Below are positions 1-9,306 of a DNA stretch of 32,000 nucleotides, in pieces. Under the pieces are notes generated by a model that was given only the letters and a program-made list of their open reading frames with translations, had not been told where the DNA came from and made no database searches. Made by a program: the position numbers and the translations under genes. Within the stretch, counting starts at the first letter, position 1; each line of letters begins with the position of its first letter. The DNA comes from Haloferax volcanii DS2 (lineage in GTDB: Archaea; Halobacteriota; Halobacteria; Halobacteriales; Haloferacaceae), in NCBI RefSeq assembly GCF_000025685.1, contig NC_013967.1:2310001-2342000 (forward strand), in the 5' to 3' direction.

Positions 1-72
1 GTCAACGACGCCATCGCGTGGGAGGCCCGCTCCGACGAGCGCATCGACGCGTACGCGATGAGCCAGCAGTAG
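1..72 (+). CDS. 3' end of an ORF entering from the left edge; by operon position probably the substrate-binding protein of the downstream ABC transporter
   Basis: Frame +1 is open from base 1 (VNDAIAWEARSDERIDAYAMSQQ*) and stops at TAG 70-72, 3 nt before the permease ATG at 76. Only 23 aa are visible, so the product is inferred from context alone. Confidence 0.3.
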   Translation, partial: VNDAIAWEARSDERIDAYAMSQQ

Positions 73-75
73 TCG

Positions 76-1073
76 ATGTCGCTGTCGAGGTTCCTCATCA
101 AACGCTCGCTCCAGGGGCTGTTCGTCATCTGGGGGTCATCACGGTCGTCTTCGGCCTCCGGTTCATCTCGCCGGGGGACCCGGCGAACGTGCTGTTGCCG
201 CCCGACGTCGACCCGGAGGTCAGAGCGCAGGTCATCGCCGAACTCGGGCTGAACGAGCCCCTGTACGTGCAGTACTGGGAGTTCATCTCGGGCGTCCCGT
301 TCGGTGACCTCGGCCTGTCGCTCGTCACCCGGACGCCGGTCTCGGCCCGCGTCGTGGCGAGACTCCCGGCGACGCTGGAACTCGCCATCGCGGCGACAGT
401 CGTCGCCGTCGTCATCGCGATTCCGCTCGGCGTCCTCTCTGCCACGCGGCGTCACGAGCCGGCGGACTACGGCGCGACCGTGTTCTCGCTGGTCGGCATC
501 AGCACGCCGAACTTCTGGCTGGGCGTGATGCTCATCCTCGTGCTCGCGGTGCAGTTGGACGCGTTCCCGACCAGTCAGCGCCCCATCGGCCTCGACGGCA
601 TCGCGGTGCTTCTCGCCGGCGGCGACGTGGGCGCGGCGATACGCGGCTTCGGGACGTGGCTGTGGCATATCACGCTCCCCGCAATCACGCTCGGGACGTA
701 CTTCACCGCGCTCATCACGCGGCTCACCCGCAGCGGAATGCTCGACCAACTCGGACAGACCTACGTCCGCGCGACGCGGGCGAAGGGGCTCCCGGAGACG
801 CTGGTCCGCTACAAGCACGCGCTTCGGAACACGCTCATCCCGGTCATCACCGTCATCGGACTCCAACTCGGCACCCTCATCGGCGGGGCCGTCATCACGG
901 AGGCCGTCTTCGCGTGGCCGGGACTCGGGTCGCTCATCATCAACAGCATCAACGCCCGCGACTGGCCGGTCTTACAGGGCTCGCTCATCGTCGTCGCGGT
1001 CGGATTCGTCCTCGTGAACATCCTCGTCGACGCCCTGTACGCCTACGTCAACCCGCAGGTGGCCTACGATTAA
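76..1073 (+). pseudogene. ABC transporter permease, DppB/OppB type, with an apparent 1-nt frameshift near the N-terminus
   Basis: From about nt 135 onward the ORF is a typical DppB/OppB permease (GVITVVFGLRFISPGDPANVLLP...ITLPAITLGTYFTALITRLTRSGMLDQLGQTYVRATRAKGLPE...DALYAYVNPQV). The canonical N-terminus MSLSRFLIKRSLQGLFVIWG is encoded from ATG 76 in another frame. The two frames meet in the G5 run 131-135, which is one G short of in-frame. The downstream frame has no ATG/GTG/TTG between 72 and 140. Confidence 0.75.
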
Positions 1074-1079
1074 CGCTCT

Positions 1080-2142
1080 ATGATATCGGAACGCACACGC
1101 AGAAACCTTCGCCGGGAACTCAGACGGAGTCTCCTCGCGAAACTCGGCATCGTCGTCGTCGTCCTCATGGTGGCGATGGCCATCTTTGCCCCGTTTATCT
1201 CGCCGTATAGCCCGTCTCAACAGGACCTCGACAACGCCCGGCAACCGCCGCTCGGCTTCAGCACGACGGAGACCAGAGAGGTGACGCAGATGGAAAACGG
1301 GAGCGTCGTCATCGAAGACGGGCAGGTCGTCACCGAGACGCAGACCGTCTACACGAACGCGACGCTCGCCCACCCGCTCGGCACCGACGGCAACGAGCGA
1401 GACATCCTCTCGCGCATCATCTACGGCGCGAGAACGTCCATCCTCGTCGGCCTGTTCGGCACGTCGCTCGCGGCGCTCATCGGCGTCCTCGTCGGGCTGT
1501 CGGCGGGGTTCTATCGCGGGCGCGTTGACGACGTGCTGATGCGGAGCGCGGACATCATGCTCGCGTTCCCCCTCGCTCGTCCTCGCAATCGCCCTCGTCG
1601 GCGTCTGGGGGCAGGCGCAAGCGCCAATCCCCGACCCGTTCGTCGCCACCGGAATCGCCCCGGCGTTCCGCTCGGCGGTCGGGTTACCGACGGGCATGCC
1701 GGAGACGGTCGTCCTCCCGGGGACGGTCATCGTCGTCGCGCTCGTCAACTGGGTGTGGTTCGCCCGCGTCGCCCGCGGCGAGGCGCTTTCCATCCGCGAG
1801 GAGGAGTACGTGAAAGCCGCGAAGGCGCTCGGCGCGAGCGACGGGCGGACGATGCTCAGACACGTCCTCCCGAACGCCATCACGCCAATCCTCGTGTTGG
1901 CGACGATTCAGGTGGCCGCCATCATCCTGCTCGAATCGGCGCTGTCGTTCCTCGGCTTCTCCGGGGCCGACGTGTCGTGGGGCTTCGACATCGCCCTCGG
2001 CCGGCAGTACCAGTCCACCGCGTGGTGGATTTCGACGATGCCCGGCCTCGCCATCGTCGTGGCGGTCATCGGGCTGAACCTCGTCGGCGACTGGCTCAGA
2101 GACGCGCTCGACCCCGGCATCGAAGGGGAGGGGGGCGTCTGA
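1080..2142 (+). pseudogene. ABC transporter permease, DppC/OppC type, with an apparent +1 frameshift mid-gene
   Basis: The N-terminal part runs from ATG 1080 (...HPLGTDGNERDILSRIIYGARTSILVGLFG...RSADIMLAFP). The C-terminal part is in the next frame (SLVLAIALVGVWGQ...VVALVNWVWFARVARGEALSIREEEYVKAAKALGASDGRTMLRHVLPNAITPILV..., stop 2140-2142). The switch falls in the C5 run 1568-1572; removing one C restores ...AFPSLVLAIA... Confidence 0.8.
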
Positions 2143-2143
2143 G

Positions 2144-3334
2144 ATGGCCGACACGATTCTCAGCGTCCGCGACCTCTCCACCCGGTTTTTCACCGAGGAG
2201 GGGCAGGTCAACGCGGTCGAAAACGTCTCGTTCGACGTCGAAGACGGCGAGATATTCGGCATCGTCGGCGAGTCCGACTCCGGCAAGTCCGTGACCGCGC
2301 TGTCGGTCATCGACCTCATCGAGTCACCCGGCCGCGTGACGCAAGGCGAGATATGGTACCGCAACGCCGACCTCGCCGAGGAGTTCCGCGAGTCGAAACC
2401 GGACGCCGTCGACGGCGACCTCGTGGACATCCGACGGCTCCCGGAGGGCGTCCGCCGGTCGCTCCGCGGCCCGTCGTTCAGCATGGTGTTTCAGGACCCG
2501 ATGAGCAGCTTCAACCCCTCGATAACCGTCGGCGAGCAGATAGCCGAGGCGGTCGAGGTCCAGCGCCGCGCCCGGTCGAACCCGCGCAGCACGCGCTCGC
2601 GGACGCAGGGCTACGGCCTCGGCTCGCTCCTCGTGGACTCGCTTCTCCCCTCGAAGAGCTACGTCGACGACGAGAGCATGGACCGCGCGGTCGAACTGCT
2701 CGACCAAGTCGGCATCCCCGACCCCGAGGACCGCGCCGAGGAGTACCCCCACCAGTTCTCCGGCGGGATGCTCCAGCGCGCGATGATTGCGCAGGCGCTC
2801 GCCGGCGAACCGGACGTACTCATCGCCGACGAGCCGACCACCGCGCTCGACGTGACAATTCAGGCGCAGATTCTCAACCTCCTTCGCGACCTGCAGGAAC
2901 AGGAGGGGATGAGCATCCTGATGATCACCCACGACTTGGGCGTCATCGCCCGGATGTGCGACCGCGTCGGCGTCATGTACGCCGGCGAGGTCGTCGAGCG
3001 CGGCCCGCTCGCCGACATCTTCGACGACCCCGTCCACCCGTACACGCAGGGACTGTTGGGGTCGATTCCGGACGTGGACGACCCCTCGGGCCGCCTCGAA
3101 CCCATCTCGGGCAACGTGCCGAGCCTGCTCGACTCGGAGATGCCCGACGCGTGTTACTTCGCCGACGGGTGTCCCAAAGCCATGACCGACTGCCTGACCC
3201 GCATCCCAGAGTACGAACTGGACGGCCGACACAGCGTCCGGTGCGTCCTCGCCGAACAGGAGTACGACCCCGCCGACGCCGTCGATTCGGTCGACGGGGG
3301 CGAGGCGGCCGGGGAGGTGAGCGCCGATGACTGA
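2144..3334 (+). CDS. ABC transporter ATP-binding protein, DppD/OppD type (intact)
   Basis: Walker A GESDSGKS, signature FSGGMLQR, Walker [13 protein letters not shown] and H-loop ITHDL are present. The oligopeptide-type C-terminal region is present ([12 protein letters not shown]...CYFADGCP). The start lies 1 nt after the permease stop. Confidence 0.9.
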   Translation: MADTILSVRDLSTRFFTEEGQVNAVENVSFDVEDGEIFGIVGESDSGKSVTALSVIDLIESPGRVTQGEIWYRNADLAEEFRESKPDAVDGDLVDIRRLPEGVRRSLRGPSFSMVFQDPMSSFNPSITVGEQIAEAVEVQRRARSNPRSTRSRTQGYGLGSLLVDSLLPSKSYVDDESMDRAVELLDQVGIPDPEDRAEEYPHQFSGGMLQRAMIAQALAGEPDVLIADEPTTALDVTIQAQILNLLRDLQEQEGMSILMITHDLGVIARMCDRVGVMYAGEVVERGPLADIFDDPVHPYTQGLLGSIPDVDDPSGRLEPISGNVPSLLDSEMPDACYFADGCPKAMTDCLTRIPEYELDGRHSVRCVLAEQEYDPADAVDSVDGGEAAGEVSADD

Positions 3335-4654
3335 GCCGCTCCTCGCGGTTCGGGACCTCCAGAAGTACTACTTCGAACAGGACTCGTTCGTCGACAGCCT
3401 CCTCGGGCGCGACCCGACGAGCGTCAAGGCCGTCGACGGCATCTCCTTCGAGGTCGAACGCGGCGAGACGCTCGGCCTCGTCGGCGAATCCGGCTGTGGG
3501 AAGTCCACGACCGGAGAGACGCTGCTCCGACTCCGCGAGGCGACCGGCGGCGCGGTCACGTTCGACGGAAGGAACGTCTTCGAGATGGACGACGACGAAC
3601 TCAAGGCGTTCCGCCGGGACGCCCAAATCGTCTTCCAGGACCCGTTTTCGAGTCTCGACCCGCGGATGACCGTCGGCGACATCGTCGCCGAACCGCTGAA
3701 GATTCACGGGATTCCCGAGTCCGCCGACGGCGAGTCCAAACGCGAGTGGCGGCGCGACAGGGTCACGGACCTGTTAGAGCGGGTCGGCCTCTCCGCGAAC
3801 CACTTCGACCGCTACCCCCACGAGTTCTCCGGCGGCCAGCGCCAGCGCGTCGGCATGGCTCGCGCGCTCGCGCTCGAACCGGAGTTCATCGTCCTCGACG
3901 AACCGGTGTCGGCGCTCGACGTGTCCGTGCAGGCGCAGGTGTTGAACCTGCTCGACGATTTGCAGGAGGAGTTCGGACTGACGTATCTGTTTATCGCGCA
4001 CGACCTCTCGGTCGTCCGCCACATCTGCGACCGCGTCGCCGTGATGTACCTCGGCAACATCGTCGAACTCGGTCCGACCGACGACCTGTTCGAGTCTCCG
4101 AAACACCCCTACACGAAGGCGCTGTTGGAGAGCGTTCCCCGACCCTCAACGGCCGAACACGGCCGACGGGTCGAGGCGCTGCCGGGTGACGTGCTGACGT
4201 GCCGTCGCCGCGAAACCCGCCGTCCGGCTGTCGCTTCCGGACTCGGTGTCCGGAGGTCATCCCCCCTGACGACCTCGCCATCGAACAGGGGAGTTACCGC
4301 GCCGTGATGGACCTTCGGGACGCTCTCGCGGTCGGTGACGTGAACCAAGACCATATCTGGGACGCTGCCGACCCCGACCGGGAGGACACGGAGGCGTTCA
4401 TCGACGAGGCGCGCGCGCGACACGTCGACGACGAGGTCGCGAGCGTCGTCGACACGGCGCTCGGCCACCTCGCGGAGGGCGAGGTCGACCGCGCTAGCGA
4501 GACGCTTCGGGACCGCTTCGAGAGCCCCTGTGAGACGCGACGCCCCGGCGTCGGTGACGTGCCGCATCCCGCGGCCTGCCACCTCTACGAGGGTTCGGAC
4601 GAGGTGATAGTCGTCGAGACGAACGCCGGCACGGCCGCCGAGGCCGACGACTGA
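3327..4654 (+). pseudogene. ABC transporter ATP-binding protein, DppF/OppF type, disrupted by an 8-bp tandem duplication
   Basis: Walker A GESGCGKS, signature FSGGQRQR and Walker [13 protein letters not shown] are present. The conserved C-terminal motif ...ALPGDV|[17 protein letters not shown] is split between two frames exactly at TGACGTGC-TGACGTGC (4187-4194 and 4195-4202). Deleting one copy restores [24 protein letters not shown]... through to the stop at 4654. The ATG overlaps the dppD-like stop by 8 nt. Confidence 0.8.
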
Positions 4655-4764
4655 CTCGGGTCCAGCGGGCGACGAGTGCTGGCCTCGGCCGACGCCGCCC
4701 TCGCGGCACCGGCGAAACCGCCCCGTAACGAAACGTTCAGGCCCCTACCGGGCGCACCATCGCT

Positions 4765-5700
4765 GTGACACGGTATCGAAACGTCGGTCTGTTCGTCGTC
4801 CTCGCCGCCGTCTGGGGGTCCGCGTTCATGGCGATCAAAGCCGGGCTGGAGTTCTTCCCGCCGGTGCTGTTCGCGGCGCTCCGGTACGACGTGGCGGGGG
4901 TCGTGATGCTCGCCTACGCGCTGTACGCCACCGACTCGCCGCTCCCGCGCGGCAGAGCCGAGTGGACCGAAGTCGCCATCGGCGCGGTGTTCCTTATCGC
5001 CGCGTACCACGCGCTCCTGTTTATCGGCGAGACCGACCCCACCGTGACGAGCGCCGCTGCCGCCGTCACCGTGAGCCTCAGTCCGGTGCTCACGACCGGA
5101 TTCGCGCGACTCCTGCTTCCGAGCGAGCGACTCACCCCCCTCGGCGTCGTCGGCCTCCTCCTCGGACTCGTCGGCGTCGCGGTCCTCTCGGAACTCGACC
5201 CGAGCAACCTCCTCGCCGGCGGTACGGTCGCGAAACTCCTCATCTTCGGCGCGGCCGCGGCCTTCGCCCTCGGCTCCGTCCTGACACGTCGGGTCGACTC
5301 GGAGCTGCCTATCGAGACGATGGAGGCGTGGTCGATGCTCCTCGGCGCGGGTCTGATGCACGTCGCGTCCGTCGGCCTCGGCGAGCGCCCCGGGGCGGTC
5401 GTCCTTAACGTCCAGTCGGTCGCGGCGCTCGCGTATCTCTCACTCGCGGCGAGCGCGCTCGGCTTCCTCATCTACTTCGACCTGCTCGCCCGCCTCGGTC
5501 CCATCGAAATCAACCTCGTCTCGTACGTCGCCCCCGTCTTCGCGGCGCTCTCCGGCTGGGCGTTCCTGAGCGAGGTTCCGACACCGTCCACGGTCGGCGG
5601 GTTCGCCCTCATCTTCCTCGGGTTCGTCCTCCTGAAGCGCGGGGCGATTCGGCGCGAACTCCGCTATCGATTCGGTGACGGTGCCCGCGCGACCGACTGA
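4765..5700 (+). CDS. EamA/DMT-family transporter (10-TM drug/metabolite exporter type)
   Basis: GTG start. The protein is hydrophobic throughout, with two EamA-like halves (VLAAVWGSAFMAIKAGLEFFPPVLFAALRY... and ...AALAYLSLAASALGFLIYFDLLARLGPIEINLVSYVAPVFAALSGW). Confidence 0.8.
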   Translation: MTRYRNVGLFVVLAAVWGSAFMAIKAGLEFFPPVLFAALRYDVAGVVMLAYALYATDSPLPRGRAEWTEVAIGAVFLIAAYHALLFIGETDPTVTSAAAAVTVSLSPVLTTGFARLLLPSERLTPLGVVGLLLGLVGVAVLSELDPSNLLAGGTVAKLLIFGAAAAFALGSVLTRRVDSELPIETMEAWSMLLGAGLMHVASVGLGERPGAVVLNVQSVAALAYLSLAASALGFLIYFDLLARLGPIEINLVSYVAPVFAALSGWAFLSEVPTPSTVGGFALIFLGFVLLKRGAIRRELRYRFGDGARATD

Positions 5701-5712
5701 GTGGGCGCGCGG

Positions 5713-6012
5713 CTACGCGTCCGTCGCGTCCGTCGCGTCAACCCGCTCGACCGTCTCCACTTCTCCGATCATCGTCCAGCCGTCTTCGCCGGGACGCTGT
5801 CGACCGACGACGACCGCGTCGTTGTGCTCCGTCGTCGCGAACCGATAGACTGCGTCGTCGCCGTCGAGTCCGCCTTCGGCCTGAAAGTCGGTCTGGAAGA
5901 ACTCCGCGCTCTCCAGCGTGAACGTGCCGTCTATCTCCTCGCCGACGACGAGGCGCATAGCGTTCGGGTGGATGTTGTACATGCGCTTTGCGACGCGATT
6001 GAGGTCGGGCAT
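5713..6012 (-). CDS. small acidic hypothetical protein (99 aa)
   Basis: The ORF has halophile-like acidic composition (MPDLNRVAKRMYNIHPNAMRLVVGEEIDGTFTLESAEFFQTDFQAEGGLDGDD...). A TATA-like element lies 23 nt upstream of the ATG. I recognise no family. Confidence 0.55.
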   Translation of the reverse strand: MPDLNRVAKRMYNIHPNAMRLVVGEEIDGTFTLESAEFFQTDFQAEGGLDGDDAVYRFATTEHNDAVVVGRQRPGEDGWTMIGEVETVERVDATDATDA

Positions 6013-6035
6013 ACCCCGACAGTTGCGCCCGCGGG

Positions 6036-6041
6036 CTAAAT
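6036..6041 (-). promoter_or_regulatory. TATA-like box (ATTTAG on the minus strand) for the 99-aa gene
   Basis: It lies 23 nt upstream of the ATG at 6012, which is leaderless-type geometry. It is flanked by the imperfect inverted repeat CCCGCGGG / CCCTGCGGG. Confidence 0.35.
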
Positions 6042-6283
6042 CCCTGCGGGAGCGACGTCGACCGAACCATCCGTCGGACCGCGGGCGACGTGTCGGGCTC
6101 CCGGCCGTATCGAGCGCCGCGTTCGAACCGGAGAAAACCCGCGGAAATTCAGGGTTCGACGACCGTTCAAGAACGTGTGACTATTCCGTGAATAAAAGAT
6201 TTAGGCGAGGTTATGAAGTATTAGGCGGCCGCTCGTCTATCGATGAAACTTCACATTTACCGGATAGTCGTGGGTAAACGAGT

Positions 6284-6625
6284 ATGAAACGAGTCGAATT
6301 CTCGCACCTAATTATGACCCCTCCGCTCCATGTTGTAGTCGTAGGTGCCCCCCAACCAATGTCGAACTCCCCATCCACGGTCCCCCGTGAACGCCTCTCC
6401 CAACTCCGCGAGGTCGTAACGGAAGAACGGCCGCTCCGCCTCGGCTTCGAACTCGTCGCCGCACCGCTTCGGTTCGTCGGCTTCTGGGCCGCAGTCGCCC
6501 TCCCGTTCCTGTATCTTCCCTTGCTGTTCGGCGGCCTCGAAGCCAGCGATTCCACCGTCTTCGGAGCGCTTCTCGCAGTCAACGCACTCGCGCTCGTCAT
6601 CGGCCACAACTACGCCCGTTCGTAG
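6284..6625 (+). CDS. small hypothetical membrane protein (alternative start at ATG 6359)
   Basis: The C-terminal half has two hydrophobic segments (FVGFWAAVALPFLYLPLLFGGL, VFGALLAVNALALVIGH). ATTTAC lies 22 nt upstream of ATG 6284, which favours the long form. The 5' part is AT-rich, so the start is uncertain. Confidence 0.4.
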   Translation: MKRVEFSHLIMTPPLHVVVVGAPQPMSNSPSTVPRERLSQLREVVTEERPLRLGFELVAAPLRFVGFWAAVALPFLYLPLLFGGLEASDSTVFGALLAVNALALVIGHNYARS

Positions 6626-6813
6626 ACGCGGTCGTACACCGGCGCGGGTCGTGGTTTACGACAACGAACTGCGTTTTCCCTCCATCTCCGCGGCCGTCCT
6701 CTCGTTTCCCGTCTCTCGGGCTCTGTGCGGCCATCCGGCCCCTGCCGGATGTCCCTCACGTTCGACCATCGGGAACCGAGTCGCTTTACCGCGGTCCGGT
6801 CTTCGGAGTCAGT

Positions 6814-7797
6814 ATGTCGCTTTCGATGGTTCCACTGGGACGGACCGGAACGACGGTCTCCGAGCTCGCGTTCGGGACGTGGCGGTTCGGTCGGCAGAAC
6901 GACGACGGCGCGGTCGAGGTCGGACGCGACCGCGCCCACGAGCTGCTCGACGCCTACGCCGCCGCCGGCGGGAACTTCATCGACACCGCCGATATGTACG
7001 GCGACGGTGCCAGCGAGACGTACATCGGCGAGTGGCTCGGGGAGCGCGACCGCGAGGAGTTCGTCGTCGCGTCCAAGGTTTTCTGGCCCACCCGCGAGGA
7101 CGCCAACGGCCGCGGGCTCAACCGGAAGCATCTCCGCCGCCAGATAGACCGCATTCTCGACCGGCTCGGCACCGACTACGTCGACCTGCTGTACATCCAT
7201 CGGTGGGACGACGAGACGCCGGTCGAGGAGTTCATGCGGACGCTCGACGGGTTCGTCCGCGACGGGAAGGTGAACTACCTCGGCACCTCGACGCTCGAAC
7301 CCAACGCCTGGAAGGTCGTCAAGGCGAACGAACTCGCCGACAAGCGCGGCTACGAGCCGTTCAAAGTCGCCCAGCCGCGGTACAACGCCGTCAACCGCGA
7401 GATAGAGGGGAACTACCTCGATATGTGCGCCGACTACGACATCGGCATCGTCCCGTGGTCGCCGCTGGCCGGCGGCTTCCTCACGGGCAAGTACGCCCGC
7501 GACGAGCGCCCCCCCGCGGACTCTCGCGCGGCGAACGACCAGCGATTCGCCGACTCGTATCTCACGCCGGCGAACTTCGACGCGCTCGAACAGGTCGAGG
7601 AGGTCGCCGAGGCGGTCGGCGCGTCGCCCGCGCAGGTCAGCCTCGCGTGGCTCATGCATCACCCGCAGGTCACCGCGCCGATTGTCGGCGCGCGAACGGT
7701 CGACCAGCTCGGCGAGAACGTCGTGGCCGCGGACATCGACCTCACGCCCGACCAGTTCGAACGCATCTCGGTCGCCAAGCGTCACTTGTCCGCGTAA
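6814..7797 (+). CDS. aldo/keto reductase family oxidoreductase
   Basis: AKR motifs are present: LAFGTWRFG, IDTADMYGDGASE, VDLLYIHRWD, YLGTS, PWSPLAGGFLTGKY and IVGARTVDQL. Confidence 0.9.
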   Translation: MSLSMVPLGRTGTTVSELAFGTWRFGRQNDDGAVEVGRDRAHELLDAYAAAGGNFIDTADMYGDGASETYIGEWLGERDREEFVVASKVFWPTREDANGRGLNRKHLRRQIDRILDRLGTDYVDLLYIHRWDDETPVEEFMRTLDGFVRDGKVNYLGTSTLEPNAWKVVKANELADKRGYEPFKVAQPRYNAVNREIEGNYLDMCADYDIGIVPWSPLAGGFLTGKYARDERPPADSRAANDQRFADSYLTPANFDALEQVEEVAEAVGASPAQVSLAWLMHHPQVTAPIVGARTVDQLGENVVAADIDLTPDQFERISVAKRHLSA

Positions 7798-7857
7798 CAG
7801 CTTCGGAAGCGGCCCCGAACCGTCAGGTGTAGGTGTCGTCGGCGGGTATCGGCGCGC

Positions 7858-8418
7858 ATGACCGACGACGCGTTCGACGCCGACGCCTACGTCTCCGAGC
7901 TCCGGGCGAAGCGCGAGGAGAAAGACGACTTCTTCGGGTCGCACCCGCAGTCACCGATTCCGCCGGAGGAACGGGACGACTTCGACGGCCTCGACTACTT
8001 CGACCCCGACCCCGACTACCGCGTGACCGCCTCGGTCGAGACGCACGCCGACCCCGAACCGGTGACGATGGACACCTCGACCGACGGCGAGGTCCGGTAT
8101 CTCCGCGTCGCCACGTTCCACTTCGAACTCCGCGACACCGACCTCACCCTCGGCGCGTACCGTCAGGAACACGACGACTCGCCGACGCTGTTCGTCCCCT
8201 TCCGCGACAAGACGACGGGACAGCAGACCTACAACGGCGGTCGGTACATGGAACTCACGCCCGACGCGCCCCTCGACGAGTTGGAGGAGGTCGTCGTCGA
8301 CTTCAACCTCGCGTACAACCCGTTTTGCGCGTTCACCGAGGCCTTCGAATGTCCGCTTCCGCCCGAGGAGAACTGGCTCGACGTGGTCGTTCCTGCTGGC
8401 GAACGGGACTACGAGTAA
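7858..8418 (+). CDS. DUF1684 domain protein
   Basis: The conserved pattern is present: DDFFGSHPQSPIPPEERDDFDGLDYFDPDPDYRV...PFRDKTTGQQTYNGGRYMEL...VDFNLAYNPFCAFTEAFECPLPPEENWL...PAGE. Confidence 0.8.
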   Translation: MTDDAFDADAYVSELRAKREEKDDFFGSHPQSPIPPEERDDFDGLDYFDPDPDYRVTASVETHADPEPVTMDTSTDGEVRYLRVATFHFELRDTDLTLGAYRQEHDDSPTLFVPFRDKTTGQQTYNGGRYMELTPDAPLDELEEVVVDFNLAYNPFCAFTEAFECPLPPEENWLDVVVPAGERDYE

Positions 8419-8471
8419 CCCGGCGAATCAAAAGCGCAAGTTCCATATCGGACGCTTCCGGAGAGACCGAC

Positions 8472-8660
8472 ATGGGACTGCTCAGTTCGAAGAAAGCCGT
8501 CATCGGGATGGTGCTGATGATCGTCGGGACGCTCGCTATGCTGCCGGGAATGCTGCCGAACTCCGCGCAGGTGATGTCCTACGCACTCGTCGTCGGTGCC
8601 GGCGCGCTCACCCTCGGAACGTGGATGGTCGGCACGTCCGAGGACGGCCGCCCGGTCTGA
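8472..8660 (+). CDS. small two-TM membrane protein (62 aa)
   Basis: MGLLSSKKAVIGMVLMIVGTLAMLPGMLPNSAQVMSYALVVGAGALTLGTWMVGTSEDGRPV. It is the only coding-like part of the long 7833..8660 ORF. Confidence 0.45.
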   Translation: MGLLSSKKAVIGMVLMIVGTLAMLPGMLPNSAQVMSYALVVGAGALTLGTWMVGTSEDGRPV

Positions 8661-8838
8661 GACCGGCGCGTTTCCCCGTTGTAACGGCGAAGAATCGGCT
8701 GTTCTCGCGACGACGTAGTTTGTCCGTCTGATCGGGTGTCAGCGACGCGGCCGGACGCGCGCCGCAGGAGTCGAATCAGCCGCGGCTCGGTGGGTCGGCC
8801 AGTCGGAAGAAAACGATGCCGCGAAGGCTGTGTCGCGT

Positions 8839-9306
8839 TCAGGCGTCGGGACCGGACCAGCTCTGGAGGGTGGCGGAGTTACTGCCACTCTCGGAGGTCC
8901 AGATGACTCGAACAGTCGCGGTCGAGAGGTCGTCGGCGTTCTGCTCGACAACCGTCGCTTGGCTCCCGGCGGTAATCTCCGAATCCGAGGTTATCGATTC
9001 CCAGGTCTCGGTCGTCCCGCTCGCCCCTGCGAGTTGACCCGCGGAGTCGTTCAGGGCAACCGAGGAGGTGATGTTGACCTGCGCGGCGTCGATTGACGTC
9101 CCGCTCTCGTGGGTGACCGTGAGGGCGGTGCCGTTGTAGTCGAAACCGAAGCTCGCCTGCGGAGCAGTGTTGCCGACCTGGTCCCCGAGGCCGAGGACGA
9201 ACGTCCCGATGACGGCCGCGAGGATGACGGTAATCGCGACCATGAGGATGACGCCGATGACCGGCGACACCGCGTCGTCTTCCGCGAGGAGGTGTTTGAA
9301 ATTCAT
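8839..9306 (-). CDS. pilA: archaeal type IV pilin-like protein (class III signal peptide, DUF1628-type N-terminus), PilA-like adhesion pilin
   Basis: The N-terminus [12 protein letters not shown]|[32 protein letters not shown] is a prepilin-peptidase-type signal followed by a hydrophobic H-domain. A Ser/Thr-rich secreted domain follows. The H-domain matches what I recall for the conserved H-domain of the Haloferax PilA pilins. Confidence 0.75.
   Translation of the reverse strand: MNFKHLLAEDDAVSPVIGVILMVAITVILAAVIGTFVLGLGDQVGNTAPQASFGFDYNGTALTVTHESGTSIDAAQVNITSSVALNDSAGQLAGASGTTETWESITSDSEITAGSQATVVEQNADDLSTATVRVIWTSESGSNSATLQSWSGPDA

Noticed and set aside
18-75. ORF-track start at 18 for the first permease
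   Set aside because: It would overlap the upstream gene by 55 nt and replace TM1 with an Arg-rich peptide. The canonical N-terminus is present from ATG 76 in the neighbouring frame, so a frameshift is more parsimonious.
4199-4654. 151-aa ORF as an independent gene
   Set aside because: Its first residues ([17 protein letters not shown]) are the continuation of the conserved C-terminal domain of the OppF-type ATPase. The split coincides with an 8-bp tandem duplication.
6610-7944. 444-aa ORF on the minus strand, plus similar long shadow ORFs
   Set aside because: The similar shadow ORFs are 972..1883, 2324..3232, 2973..3707, 13856..14986, 14745..16445, 16476..17981, 16975..18135, 22682..23869, 23533..24708, 26354..27385 and 29998..30930. 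Each overlaps a well-supported gene in another frame or on the other strand, and each is Arg/Pro/Gly-rich and basic. Real proteins of this organism are acidic.
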